A stretch of DNA of 64,000 nt from assembly GCF_006345805.1 (NCBI RefSeq), contig NC_043001.1:130014001-130078000 (forward strand), written 5' to 3'. The notes under the pieces were generated by a model. It was not told the DNA's origin, did no database searches, and worked only from the letters and a program-made list of their open reading frames with translations. This stretch comes from Octopus sinensis. Its lineage: Eukaryota. Below are positions 50,621 through 64,000 of this stretch, one piece after another. The translations under genes were made by a program, and so were the position numbers. Positions within the stretch are counted from its first letter, which is position 1. The number at the start of each line of letters is the position of its first letter.

Positions 50621-51363
50621 GTGGGGCAGGGCAAGTGAAGGGATGAAGGGTGGGTGTACCATTACATATCATCAAAAAGAAAAAAAATAAAGAACAACAA
50701 CAAACAGGTTCTTCAGTATCTTTCTGGAACAGAACAGCTTGCTAAGAATAAGTGTTCCTTGAACAAGGATCAGGTGTAACGGAGGGTAGAAATGGGGTGG
50801 GAAGGAGAAAGACACAGGGAAGAAGGTGGCAAAGGAGGTGTGTCAAATGGTAACACCAGGAGCAGAAGAATAAGCAAGAGTTATGCAGTTGCTGTAGTTG
50901 CTGATATTGTCAGCCCTGGTTAAGCAGATATGGGATCAAATATGTGAAGGCACATGGCTCAGTGGTTAGAACGTCAGGCTCACACTCATGAGGTAGTGAA
51001 TTCAATTCCCAGACTGGGCAATGTGTTGTGTTCTTGAGCAAGACTTTTTATTTCATGTTGCTTTGGTACACTCAACTTTAGAAATGAGTTGCGATGTCAC
51101 TGGATAATATCAGTGTCTTGGAGGAGAGGCTGGTATGCATGGGCAACTGCTAGTCTTCCATAAACAATTTTGCCCAGATCTGCACCTCGGAGGGGAACTT
51201 TCGAGGTGCAATCCAATGGTCATCCATAACTGAAGGGAATCTTTACCTTTCTATGTTTCATGGCCATACTGTATTTTTAGGCGATATCTAGGAATACAGT
51301 ATTCATTGATCCCTAGACTGAATTATTGCTGTCTTCAATTGTAGTTAGTGGAGACACGTGGCT

Positions 51364-51502
51364 TTACCCTTTTATGCTTAAACCAGCTATATCTGGCCAA
51401 AATATTCTCCCTTTTATAAGTTATAACATATATATTATACACACTTTCATACCTCATATATATATATATATATGTATATATTATATATATATATGTATAT
51501 AT

Positions 51503-51558
<56 letters not shown>

Positions 51559-51645
51559 CCATATATACATATATATATGCATTTGGAAGTATTTATAATT
51601 ATATACAAATACATAATTTATATACAAATATATATATATATATAT

Positions 51646-51692
<47 letters not shown>

Positions 51693-51695
51693 ATC

Positions 51696-51747
<52 letters not shown>

Positions 51748-52008
51748 CAGGGTACGACAGAAGTAACGCTCTTTTGTATTTGAGTTTTCTCATTCTTATT
51801 GAGTTTTTTTTTCTTTCCTAAGACTTTTTTTTTCTTTTCCTAAAACTGATCAGATATGGTCTTTCATAGCTAGCTTACAGTGTTATTTCAAAAATGAACA
51901 ATCAGATCATTGAAATCTCAAAGCCATGAAATAATGCATGATTAATTTAAAATGGTGTGCATACATAAGCTTTACATTTGACAGAATAATCTGAATGCTA
52001 AAGAGTTA
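51364..52008. mobile_element. piggyBac-type MITE of the same family, interrupted by (TA)n and another element end
   Basis: Starts TTTACCCTTTTATGCTTAAACCAGCTATATCTGGCC; ends ATCTGAATGCTAAAAGAGTTAA. Confidence 0.6.
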
Positions 52009-53763
52009 ATGGTTGGGGTGTTGGACTCATGATTGTAAGGTTGTGGCTTTGAATCCTGGACTGGGTGATGTGTTGTATTGGGGGATATATATACAGCATG
52101 GAAACTGAGAAACTGGCCCTTATGAGTTAGCATGACTCGAGTATCTTTACCATTGAAAGTGGAAGTGCATAGCTTAGTGGTTAGGGTGTTGAAATCATGA
52201 TCGTAAGATTGCAGGTTTGATTTCTAGACCAAGCAATACCTTGTGTTCTTGAGCAAAACACTTCATTTCACATTCAGCTGGCAAAAATAAGTAACCCTGT
52301 GACAGACCAGCACCCCATCCAGGTGGGAATATATATGCCAGAGAAATTGAGAAACTAACCCCTATGAGTCTATATAATTTGAGAAGGGACTTTAATCCTA
52401 TTCTAGCCATTGCGGTCAAGGTATAATTTGAGGAAGACTTAGGTTGCAACTTCTAAAAGATCAAGCATCCACGCAGAGATGGAATTAGCATGGTAAGAAG
52501 GACAGTGGCTGTTACCAGACAAGTGAAAGCAGGTCAACTGAGACAGTAGTAACAACAACAACAACGTTACCAACAATAGAAGTGATAGTGATGGTGGTGG
52601 TCGTGGTGGGAAATGGTTAGGATATTTTGGTAGGGGTCAGCTGTTTTGGGGTGGAGTGTAGGTTATGTAAGCACGTGCAGTTTGTAATGGGACTTTTGGT
52701 TTCTGACAAAGAGGGAGTGGTCAGTAGTGATCATGGAATGGTGATGGTAGCAGTAGGGAGGCTTTTGTATAAAAAGGGGACACACTCATATATATATATA
52801 TATTTATATATAGATAGATAGATATATAGATAGATAGATAAACAGATACATACACTCACACACACACACACACACACACATATAGCGAAAGACAAAGAGA
52901 GAGAGGAGGTAAGTGTTTACATGGAATGGACAAGGAATGTAAGTTTATACATAGTTTGCAATAAGTCCATTGTCCAGTGGAGCTAGCCTGATAGCCACTG
53001 TCCTGGCTTCAATTTTTTTTCCCTCTTCTTCCAGCCTTGCCCATCCACTCATGCACTATGGTCAAAGTGAAGTCCATTGTCCATCCATTGGCAATAATTA
53101 TCTATAATTCTTACTGTTTCCTTTGACCAGCCAGCCCCCCTCCCCCTGCTGCAATACCACTCCCAACTCCCCAACTCCCTCTGCTCCCCACAAAAACTGC
53201 CTTGCCCACAACCACTATTATTCCCACCCCTTTAAAACCCCAACCTCAACCCCCCCAACAACACTACTTATACTCACTCCTCCCACTACCACCTTCGGTC
53301 TCCTACACACTGCTTTTCTTTTTCTCTTCTACCTCTCTAATCTACTCTACACCCCCCCCACCCCCCAACTTACCCCAACTCACAGTGAAACCCCTGGACC
53401 CAGAAATCTATCCCACCACCCAGTCCCTATGGTCAACTTCCCACTCACTTCCACACATTGTTGTATTAACTGGATGCCTCCCACCACCACTACCACACAC
53501 ACTGTCTCCATGGAAAGCTCCGGCCACTCAGCAAACCTATCACATCATTTTGTCCAGTGAATTCAGGAAGTTTGATCTTCCTTTCATCCTCCCTCCTTTC
53601 TCCCCTCCTCTCTCTTTCGCTATGTAAGCATGTATGTATGTATGTATCTATCTATCTTTCTATCTTTCTATCTATCTATCTATCTATATATATATTATAC
53701 ACACTTTTCATACCTATATATATATGTATGTAATATTATATATATATTATATATAATATATAC

Positions 53764-53798
<35 letters not shown>

Positions 53799-54474
53799 AT
53801 ATAGTATATATTATATCTATATATATATATATATAATATATATATATATACAATCCATTATACATATATATATGCATTTGGAAAGTATTTTAATTTATCT
53901 ACAAAATACATTATGTACATCACATACATATATACATATATGTATGTATATTTGTATATCTATATATATATATATATATGATATATATGTATGTATAATA
54001 TATATAATATAATCTATATATAATGGTACGTGCATATATATATATATGTATATATATTATATATATGTATATATATGCATATATGTACGTATGTATTTAT
54101 ATATTCGTATATATGTAGGTATACATCTATATATATATATATATCTATATATGTTGTTTTATATATATGTGTGTGTGTGTGTGTGTGGTGTCAGAAGTAA
54201 TGACCTTTTTGCATTTCATGACTTTTAAAGTATATAAATGTTTATTAAGTAATTTTTTTTATTGAACACAAATTTATTGCTTACTTAAAGAAAAAAAAGA
54301 AAAAATAATGAAAAAAAATTGCAGAAGTCTTAGGAAAGAAAAAAAAAAAAAACTCAATAAGAAATGAGAAAACTCAAATACAAAGAGCGTTACTTCTGTC
54401 GTACCCTGTATAATATATATATATATATAATATATATATATTATATATATATATATTTAAAATATATAATAAAA

Positions 54475-54680
54475 GTGACTTCGTGTGTACCGTTGGCGAT
54501 TTTTTTTCCTCTGTCTTCCCTTCTCGGGTCTTTCCTTCTCCTATGTTTCTGATTGAAGAGCTCCGCTCGAAACGTTAAACCCTCCCTCTTCCCTTCTTCT
54601 TTCTGAGCATCCAATGATACTATATTTGTTCCATGTCCTCGCCTTGTTGTGTTTTTTTAGTGTTTTCTTGTTTGGATTAA
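54475..54680 (+). mobile_element. Penelope-like terminus with a hammerhead-like motif at 54545-54580
   Basis: GTTT CTGATTGAA GAGC TCC GCTC GAAAC GTT AAAC. Confidence 0.55.
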
Positions 54681-54767
54681 CTATATATATATATATAGAA
54701 TATATATATATATATATATGTATGTATATATGTATGTATGTAAATATACATACACGTATACACACAC

Positions 54768-56630
54768 AGAGGTATCAGGGAATGAAAGTCACGAATAGGG
54801 TCATAGCCCATCTAATTAGTGAAAGAGTTAGTTCAGATGAGATTCAGTTTGGGTCTGTGTCAGGGCCTCATACTCAGAGTGAAAGGTAGACTGTATGATG
54901 CATGTATGCAAACAGCCATGCTACAATGCAGTGAAACATGGGCTGTGACTAATGAGGACATGCATAAACTTGCAAGAAATAAAGCTAGTATGCTCTGCTG
55001 GATGTGTAATGTCAGTCTGCATACTCGACAGAGTGTAAGCGCCTTGAGAGAAAAGTTGGACATAGGAAGCATCAGATGTGGTGTGCAAGAGAGACGACTG
55101 TGCTGGTATGGTCATGGGCGAGCTGGCAGAATCGTTAGCACGCCAGGCGAAATGATTTGCGGTATTTCGTCTGCCGCTACGTTCTGAGTTCAAATTCCGC
55201 CGAGGTCGACTTTGCCTTTCATCCTTTCGGGGTCGATAAATAAAGTACCAGTTTCGCATTGGGGTCGATGTAATCAGCTTAATCCGTTTGTCTGTCCTTG
55301 TTTGTCCCCTCTATGTTTAGCCCCTTGTGGGTAGTAAAGAATTAGGTATGGTTATGTGCTGTATGTGGACGAGGACAGCTGTGTGAAAAAGTGTCACACC
55401 CTAACAGTGGAAGGAACCTGTGGAAGTGGTAGACCCAGGAAGACTTGGCATGAGGTGGTGAACATTGGGCTTCACAGAGGCAATGACAAAAGACTGAAAC
55501 CATTGGAGGTATGCTGTGCAAGAGAAGATCCAAGTGAGTCTGTAACTGTGGCCTATGCCAATGCAGCATAATCAGCCCATTTAAGAGTCCCCTTCAACCA
55601 TTGGGCAATAAACTATGTCTTGCCAAGACCTATTGAGTCAAGTGGTCAAGTGAAGTCATAGTCATGACTGATGCGAGTACTTATTTCTTTACTACCCACA
55701 AGGGGCTAAACACAGAGGGGACAAACAAGGACAGACAAACGGATTAAGTCGATTATATAGACCCCAGTGCGTAACTGGTACTTATTTAATCGACACCCCG
55801 AAAGGATGAAAGGCAAAGTCGACCTCGGCGGAATTTGAACTCAGAACGTAGTGGCAGATGAAATACCACTAAGCATTTCACCCGGCGTGCTAACGTTTCT
55901 GCCATCTCGCCGCCTTAGCTGATGCGAGTACTGTCTGACTGGCACTTGTGTTGGTGACATGTAAAAAGCACCATTTGAGCATGGCCAATGCCACTGCCGC
56001 CTGACTGGTCTCATACTGGTGGCACATATAAAGCATCATTTGAGCGTAGCCATTGCCAATGCTGCCTGACTGGCTCCTGTGCTAGTGGCATATAAAAAGC
56101 ACCATTCAAGCATGGTTCGTTACCTGTGCCACCTGACTAGTTCCTGTGCAGGTGGCACATAAAAAGCACCATTTGATCATGGTCATTACTAGTGCCGCCT
56201 GACTGGCCACTATGCCAGAGGCATGTAAAAAGCGCCATTTGAGTGTAGTTCGTTACCAGTCCCACCTGACTGCTTCCTGTGCTGGTGACACATAAAAAGC
56301 ACCATTTGAGCGCACTCGTTGCCAGTGCTACCTGACTGGTTCCTGTGCTGGTGGCATGTAAAAAGCACCGTTTGAGCATTGTCGTTGCCAGTGTCGCCTG
56401 ACTGGCTCCCATGCCAGAGGCACATAAAAAGCACCATTCAAGCATGTTAGATGACAGCACTGCCTGACTGGCCCTTGTGCTGGTGGCACATAAAAAGCAC
56501 CCACTACACACTTGGAGCAGTTGGCATTAGGAAGGGTATCCAGCTGTAAAAACCTTGCCAGATCAGATTGGAGCCTAGTGCAGCCTTCTGGCTTGCCAGT
56601 CCTCAGTCAAATGGTTCAACCCATGCCAGC
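54768..56630 (+). mobile_element. Internally deleted, older RTE LINE with two SINE insertions and a minisatellite 3' UTR
   Basis: MKVTNRVIAHLISERVSSDEIQFG is joined directly to LRVKGRLYDACMQTAML; then KKCHTLTVEGTCGSGRPRKTW; RTE tail at 56490-56630. Confidence 0.8.
55930..56495 (+). repeat. ~59-bp minisatellite (about 10 units)
   Basis: CTGACTGG..CTGTGCTGGTGGCACATAAAAAGCACCATT recurs with a ~59-bp period. Confidence 0.85.
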
Positions 56631-57692
56631 AAACATACATACACATACACACACACATATGCACACAAAAGCACACATACACACATGCACACATACACAC
56701 AACTACATGCATATACACACATGCACGTGCATACATGAACAAAAAATGCACAATTACCTCCACACAACCCCTCGTTCACATACACATAGACATGCACACA
56801 TACACATGCACACACATATACACACGCATACACACATGTGCACACACATACACACACATATATATACACATACACACACATGCATATGAACTCACACATA
56901 CCTCCCACACACACACATGCACACAAATTACACACACACATAAACACACACGCACATACATGCACATATACTCCACTCTTTACAATAACAGTATATGAAC
57001 ATCTTAGTCTACTTGACTTCCAACAATTAACAATTGTAATTTGAAGTTGAATGGTTAGCAGTAAGAAAGATGTCCAGATCTGTTAAAAAGTTATTATACA
57101 AAATATTCTGAGAAAAAGTTCTTTTTTCACCACAATAAAACACACACCCACACAGAGGTGTGTCTGTGGTAACTTGAAAGGCTACAAATAGCAGCCAAAT
57201 CTCTCTTAGAACACACCCTTTCATCAAAAGAAAGACTCAGGTTTACAGTATGTCAGGAATAGAAAAAAAGGGTCAGCTACATCAAGGGCAATTCTGAGCT
57301 CAACAAAACAAAGTCAAGCATACTTCACATTAAAAGATTATGTACTAACTAACACTAATAAGGTTGATGGTATAACTTCGAAGTTCCATTCCCTGGTAAA
57401 ACTTCATGTATTTTAAACATTTTCTCATTATGCTCTATCTACGACATAGATTGTTCAGGCAGGGTTGCCTCCCTAAGCTAAACACCTCAAAACTGTGCGA
57501 CCTGACCTCGTTTTCGAGGTTATTTTTGTAGTAAAAAAAATTTTGCTGCACAAAACATACTTTATTTGGTACCTCATACATCAAAATCGGCAACTCAGTT
57601 TTCAAATCCATAAGGATTTGTGTATATGCACACAAACTCTGTTTTATATATTAAGATACGTACATACATACATACATACATACATACATACA

Positions 57693-57723
<31 letters not shown>

Positions 57724-60119
57724 TTCAGTGGCATATTGTGGTTGTTGTCATTGGGTGCGCTACCACACAGACCACATTATGACTAACATTAGCTAAAATT
57801 TTGTCACTAACCAGTATATAACCACTGAAAATTAAATTAAAAGTACATATTTCTGTGACTGTAAAAGCATTTAAGCTCATCACTAATTAAATTTTAAATA
57901 AAATGCCTACACACACAACTAAGAAAAATCACAAAATTCACTGAGCAAAATATCAATGCGCAACCTTTCACATGGAACCGTTTCCAGTGACTAAACAGCT
58001 GACACTGCTCTAACTTGTAGTGTTTGGTGCACTAATAGCGTCAGAATTTGACCTGACTTAAGTTTTGTTTCTGACTTCTGAAAATGTATTATTAGTTTTG
58101 AAAACAAATTAAGATCAAAGATATATGATGATATTGTAAGAAAAAAAATATTGTAAAAAGATTAGTTTTAGTTTAGGAATTTTAAATTAACTTAAGTAAA
58201 CATGCAACTCTGCTGTCAAGCTGCCACACACCCTTTGCCAACAATTTTTCGCCATTCTCCCATTATCCTATGATATGTCTGATACCGTATTATGATTCAA
58301 TGCACCGTGAATGAAGTGTGCAGTGTTATTTCAGGACACACACCACCAAATTTCAAGCTGGGGTTTAACAAAATTTTTGCATCATGATTTGTGATTAAAT
58401 TAATGAGTAAGGTTAATGTTTATAACGAATTTGCCATTTTCCATGAGTGCAATGCACACCTGGAATATACAACCCCTGATATATATGTACATATTCATCT
58501 ATATATATATATAGGTGCAGGAGTGGCTGTGTGGTAAGAAGCTTGTTTACCAACCACATGGTTCCGGGTTCAGTCCCACTGCATGGCACCTTGGGCAAGT
58601 GCCTTCTACTATAGCCTCAGGCCGACCAAAGCCTTGTGAGTGGATTTGGTAGACGGAAACTGAAAGAAGCCCGTCGTATATATGTATATATATGTATATG
58701 TGTGTATGTTTGTGTGTCTGTGTTTGTCCCCCTAGCATTGCTTGACAACTGATGCTGGTGTGTTTATGTCCCCGTCACTTAGCAATTCGGCAAAAGAGAC
58801 CGATAGAATAAGTACTGGGCTTACAAAGAATAAGTCCCAAGGTCGAGTTGCTCGATTAAAGGTGGTGCTCCAGCATGGCCGCAGTCAAATGACTAAAACA
58901 AGTAAAAAGAGAAAAAGAGAAAGAAAGAGATATATATATACACACAACGAACTTCTTTCAGTTTTCATTTATCAAATTCATTCACTAGGCTTTGGTCAGC
59001 TTGAAGCTATAGTAGAAGACATTTGCGCCCCAGGTACCATGCAGTGAGATTGAACCCAGAACATCAGTAACATCAGTATCATCAACATCATTGTCTACAT
59101 CCTTGAAACTAAGCAGTTAAAAAGTAAAATAAATACTACAGTTGGCTTGTTTATATATATGCATGTATAATTAAATTATAAATAGGATATACATATGTGT
59201 ATATATTCTTTAATTTGTTTCAGTCATTTTACTGTGACCATGCTGGAGCACCGCCTTTTAGTTGAACAAATCAACCCCAGGACTTATTTTTTGTAAGCCT
59301 AGAACTTATTCTATTGGTCTCTTTGCTGAACCGCTAAGTTATGGGGACGTAAACACACCAACACCGGCTGTCAAGCGATTGTGAGGGCGGGGAGACAAAT
59401 ACAGACACACAAACACACAAACACACACACATAAATATACAACAGGCTTCTTTCAGTTTCTGTCTACTAAATCCACTCACAAGGCTTTGGTCAGCCTAAG
59501 GCTTTAGTAGAGATGACATTTGCTGAAGGTGCTATGCAGTGGGACTGAACCCGGAACCATGTGGTTGGTAAGCAAGCTTCTTACCACACAGCCACTCCTG
59601 TGCCTAAATATGAGTGATGTATATATATATATATATATATCATCATCATCATCATCATCATGATGATATATATATATATATACATATATATGAATGTGTT
59701 ACTTTTAGTTCCTCTGCTATCTCCTCCTCCTTCTCCTCCTCTACTTCATTCTCCTCCTCTTACTGCTACCAATTTAGTGACTTCCCTCAAAACTCACATT
59801 CTTTTACCACACCATTGTGCAATGGCTTGAGACAAACCTATAAGCATTCACCTCCCACCTACTAAAATTTCTGCAGCCAACACCACTCTGACCTTTGTAA
59901 AAGTCACAGCTAGTACAATGACCACCACGACGATGACCACTACCACCACCACCACCACCACCACCACCACCACTACCATCACTACTTTTTCCTCTGCTAT
60001 TACAACTATCACAATAATAAATATTACTACTGGCAAGAATGTGAAAGTGGCTGCCACCATGACCACCACCATGACCACCACCACCAGCACCACCACCAAC
60101 AACAACAGTTTCTCCTTAT

Positions 60120-60560
60120 ATTACAATGACTGGGAGGAATTTCTAAGTGGTCAACTGGCCTGCTAGAAATAGCAACCATATTTGCCTTGAACAATATCCT
60201 ACCATCCTACACTGTTTTCAAATAAAATGGATTGCCATGGCAGGAATGCTTTGATCATAGATCTTTCTGCCTGATCAGAACTTGTCTGGGTCTAAGCAAT
60301 GACAATTGTGTACACGATCAACAACAACAACAACAACAACTGCTTCTACTTGTATTACAATGACTGCAGAAAGCCTCTATGTGGTCATCTGGCCTGCAAG
60401 AAATGGCAACCATATTTGCCTCAGTCAACATCTTACCATCGTACAAACAAAATATAGAAATAATGTAGACCCAGATAGACTGTTTTAAAATAAAATGGAT
60501 TGCCATGGCAGGAATGCTTTGAACATACATCCTTCTGCCTGATCAGAACTGACCTGGGTC
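60120..60560. repeat. Tandem ~230-bp duplication of an interspersed repeat
   Basis: TGGTCA.CTGGCCTGC.AGAAAT.GCAACCATATTTGCC...AAATAAAATGGATTGCCATGGCAGGAATGCTTTGA occurs twice. Confidence 0.8.
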
Positions 60561-62199
60561 TGTACAACAGCAATTACAACAGTATTAACCAATAAGGGAG
60601 TTTCTACAATGTGGTTTGACTAGCTAGAAATAGCAGCCAAATCTCCATCAAATAGCATCTGACAATATTATAATAGAAGGACAGGATTCATTAAAGGCAA
60701 GCTGCTCATGGTTTTGATTACAGATCTGCTTGCTCAACAGGGTTGATCTAGTATCAAACAACTACAACAGCAACATGAGCCTCTACTTGGTCATTTGCCC
60801 TGCTAGAAATAACAACCGAATCTCCCTAGATTCACACCCTGTTGTTATAAAACAAGACATACTGAATAATGGTAGTTCAAGATACATTTTTCAGAAAATA
60901 CGACTGGATTAATCAGAGACAGAATGCTTTTGATCATAAGTCATCTTGACTAAAGGCTGACCAGTGGGTAAACAACAATAAATCTTTGGGACTGATTTGC
61001 TAGAAATAGTAGTCAGATATCCCTCTGAACATACCCCCATGATCTTAAATACACAAGATTACAATGGACAATATATATGGACCATATAACGGCAGAAACG
61101 TTAGCACGCTGGGCGAAATGCGTAGCTGTATTTCATCTGTCATTACGTTCTGAGTTCAAATTCCGCCGAGGTCGACTTTGCCTTTCATCCTTTCGGGGTT
61201 GATAAATTAAGTACCAGTTACGCACTGGGGTCAATGTAAACAACTTAATACCTATGTCTGTCCTTGTTTGTCCCCTATATGTTTAGCCCCTTGTGGGTAG
61301 TAAAGAAACAAATATATATGGACCATGATATATGTACAAAAATATGAGATGGTCAAGGCTGGTGTGCCTTTGACCACAAGCCTACACAGACCTATCAGAA
61401 GTGACCAGGGGCTAAGAAACAACAGCATTGTAAAACTACTTATTTCCAATCATATAACTTGACCACCACCACCACCACCACCACCTACCACAACTGCAAC
61501 TACCAATACTACTACTTTTATCATTAATACTACTACAACCTCCCAAATGGTGGTTGCGGTAACAGTAATGCTAGTAGTATGACTAACAAACACTACAACC
61601 AATACACAACATAACCACCAACAACACTAAAGGCAGAATGATTACAGTTATGACCCTATATACCATTACTACAACTACTACTATCACTAATACCAATACA
61701 ACTGGAAACTGAAAGAAGCCCATCGATCATATATATATTCTTTTATTCCTATAGTCTTTTACTTGTTTCAGGCAGTTGACAGCGGCCATGCTGGAGCACT
61801 GCCTCGAAGGTTTTTAGTCAAACAAATCAAGCACAGGACTTAGTCTTTGTAAACCTAGTACTTATTCTGTCAGTGTCTTTTGCCGAACTGCTAAGTTATG
61901 GGGATGTAAACACACCAACACCCGTTGTCAAGTGTTGGTGGTGACAAACACAAATACAAAGGCACTCACACCAACCAATACTGTTTGAAAACCGGTATTG
62001 GTGTGTTTACGTCCCCATAACTTAACAGTTCAGTAAAAAAAGACTGACAGAATAAGTTTTAGGCTGAAAAAAATAAAAGTCCTGGGGTGGATTTGTGTGA
62101 CTAAAAAAAAAAAAACCTTCAAGGCAGTACTCCAGCATGGCCACAGTCAAATGACTGAAACAAATAAAAGATAAAAAAACCCAGCTGTATTAGTACTAC

Positions 62200-62750
62200 T
62201 TGTACCACCATCACCACCACCACCACCACCACCACCACCACCACCACCGACCACCACCACCACCACCATCACCACCACCACCCACCACCACCACCACCAC
62301 CACCCCACCACCACCACCCCACCACCACCACCATCACACCACCACCACCATCACCACCACCACCACCACCACCAACCCAACCACCATCACCACCACCACC
62401 ACCACCCACCACCACCACCAACCAACCACCACCACCACCACCACCACCATCACACCACCACCACCACCACCACCACCACCATCACCACCAACCAACCACC
62501 ACCACCACACCACCACCACACCACCATCACCACCACCACCACCATCACCACCACCACCACCACCACCACACCACCAACACACCACACCACCACCACCACC
62601 ACCACCACCACCACCATCACCACCACCACCACCACCACCACCAACCACCACCATCACCACCACCACCACCACACCACCACCACACCACCACCCACCACCA
62701 CCACCACCACCACCACCACCACCACACCACCACCACCACCACTAACTACT
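62200..62750. repeat. Large (CAC)n microsatellite, continuing as a CAC/TAC-rich tract to ~63950
   Basis: Seen directly; source of the poly-His/Pro/Thr spurious ORFs. Confidence 0.95.
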
Positions 62751-64000
62751 ACTATTACCTCCTTCTCACCACTGTTAATACTACGATTTCAGATTCATAA
62801 TAGTACAACTATTATTATACTAATACTACAAATACTGCTACTATTAACCCCTTACTACTGCTGCCACCACCACCACCACCACCACCACTACCACTACCAT
62901 CACCATAAATGCCTCCAATACCACAAACACCAGAAATCCTCACCACCACCACCACCACCACCACCACCACCACCACCACCGTCACCTTCCATTCCACTGC
63001 AACTTCCAACACTTACAGTAAGTATTACTACTATTGCCCGTCTTCACCCACCCCCCCACCCCCGTCCAACCATCACCTCCATACTACTACAACCGTTACT
63101 GCAAACGCCACCACCACACCACCACCATCATCACTGCCACCACCTTTACAAGTATTACCTCTTACTATCACTGTCACCACCACCACCACCACCATCACCA
63201 CCTCTGTAACCACAGTCATAACCACAATCACCACAGCCTTGCCCACAGTCACTCCTACTGTAGCCACCACCACCACCACCACCACCACCACTACCACCAA
63301 CAACACCAATACTACTGCATCTACTATTACATTCTGTACAAACATGTCCACACAATGACCAATGCAACTTCCACCAACGCCACAATTACCCCCTACCCAC
63401 TACCACCACCACCACTATCACCATCGCCATCACCACATCACCACACACTAATTCAGTGACTACTAAAACTACAACTCCTCTTGCCCTGCCCTGCCCTGCC
63501 CTGCTCTGCCCTGTTCTCCCCCCCCCCCGCCCTTGCTCCACCCCCCACCTTACCCTCACAGTGGCCACTAATGCCAATACCACTTCTATTGTTTCTTCTT
63601 ATTTGACCATCAGGCGCCATAGCAACTGCCTCCACTAGCTGCATTATCAGTATCATCATCATCATCACCACTGCCATCGCATACATTCCCTTTCACTCAC
63701 CACCACCACCACCACCACCACCACCACTGCCACCAGTATTCATACTAATACCATACAGCTTCTCACCATCACCAACCAACACTACCACTACCACTACCAC
63801 TACCAAACCAACATTGCAAGACTATTAGTAATAACAGCTCCTTTCCTATATAACTGTCCCTACCTATAATACCATTATTCTTCACACAGAAACACTACTA
63901 CTACTACTACTACTACTACTTACTACTTACTACTTACTACTACTGCTACTGCATATTTGGAGACTTTGAGAATTGGTAAATGCCAGACATACTTTTCTGA

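Noticed and set aside
62200-63686. His/Pro/Thr/Val/Gly-rich ORFs (extensin- or mucin-like)
   Set aside because: A (CAC)n tract open in several frames on both strands, with irregular indels and no gene structure.

Overview
AT-rich, microsatellite- and transposon-dense animal genomic DNA. The SINE, RTE, Penelope and Helitron repeat content looks octopod-like (inference). No ordinary multi-exon host gene could be identified. The main feature is a triplicated segment (~20.0-39.0 kb). Each copy carries an intronless minus-strand gene made almost entirely of tandem 273-bp (91-aa) MLLE/PABC domains, the PAM2-binding C-terminal domain of poly(A)-binding protein: 13, 7 and 4 repeats, 24 in total, with no RRMs. 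A decayed PABP-linker-like relic lies upstream of the ATG. The two copy junctions are identical and fall inside a piggyBac-type element. In copy 1 a deletion removes the stop codon and adds a poly-Leu hydrophobic tail. Several Penelope-associated hammerhead-ribozyme-like motifs occur, including a tandem pair 257 bp apart. Also present are Helitrons (one with a PIF1 fragment), a mariner relic, HERO/R2-type and RTE LINE fragments, a nested Gypsy relic, many SINEs and foldback elements. Most ORFs in the supplied track are microsatellite or antisense artefacts.
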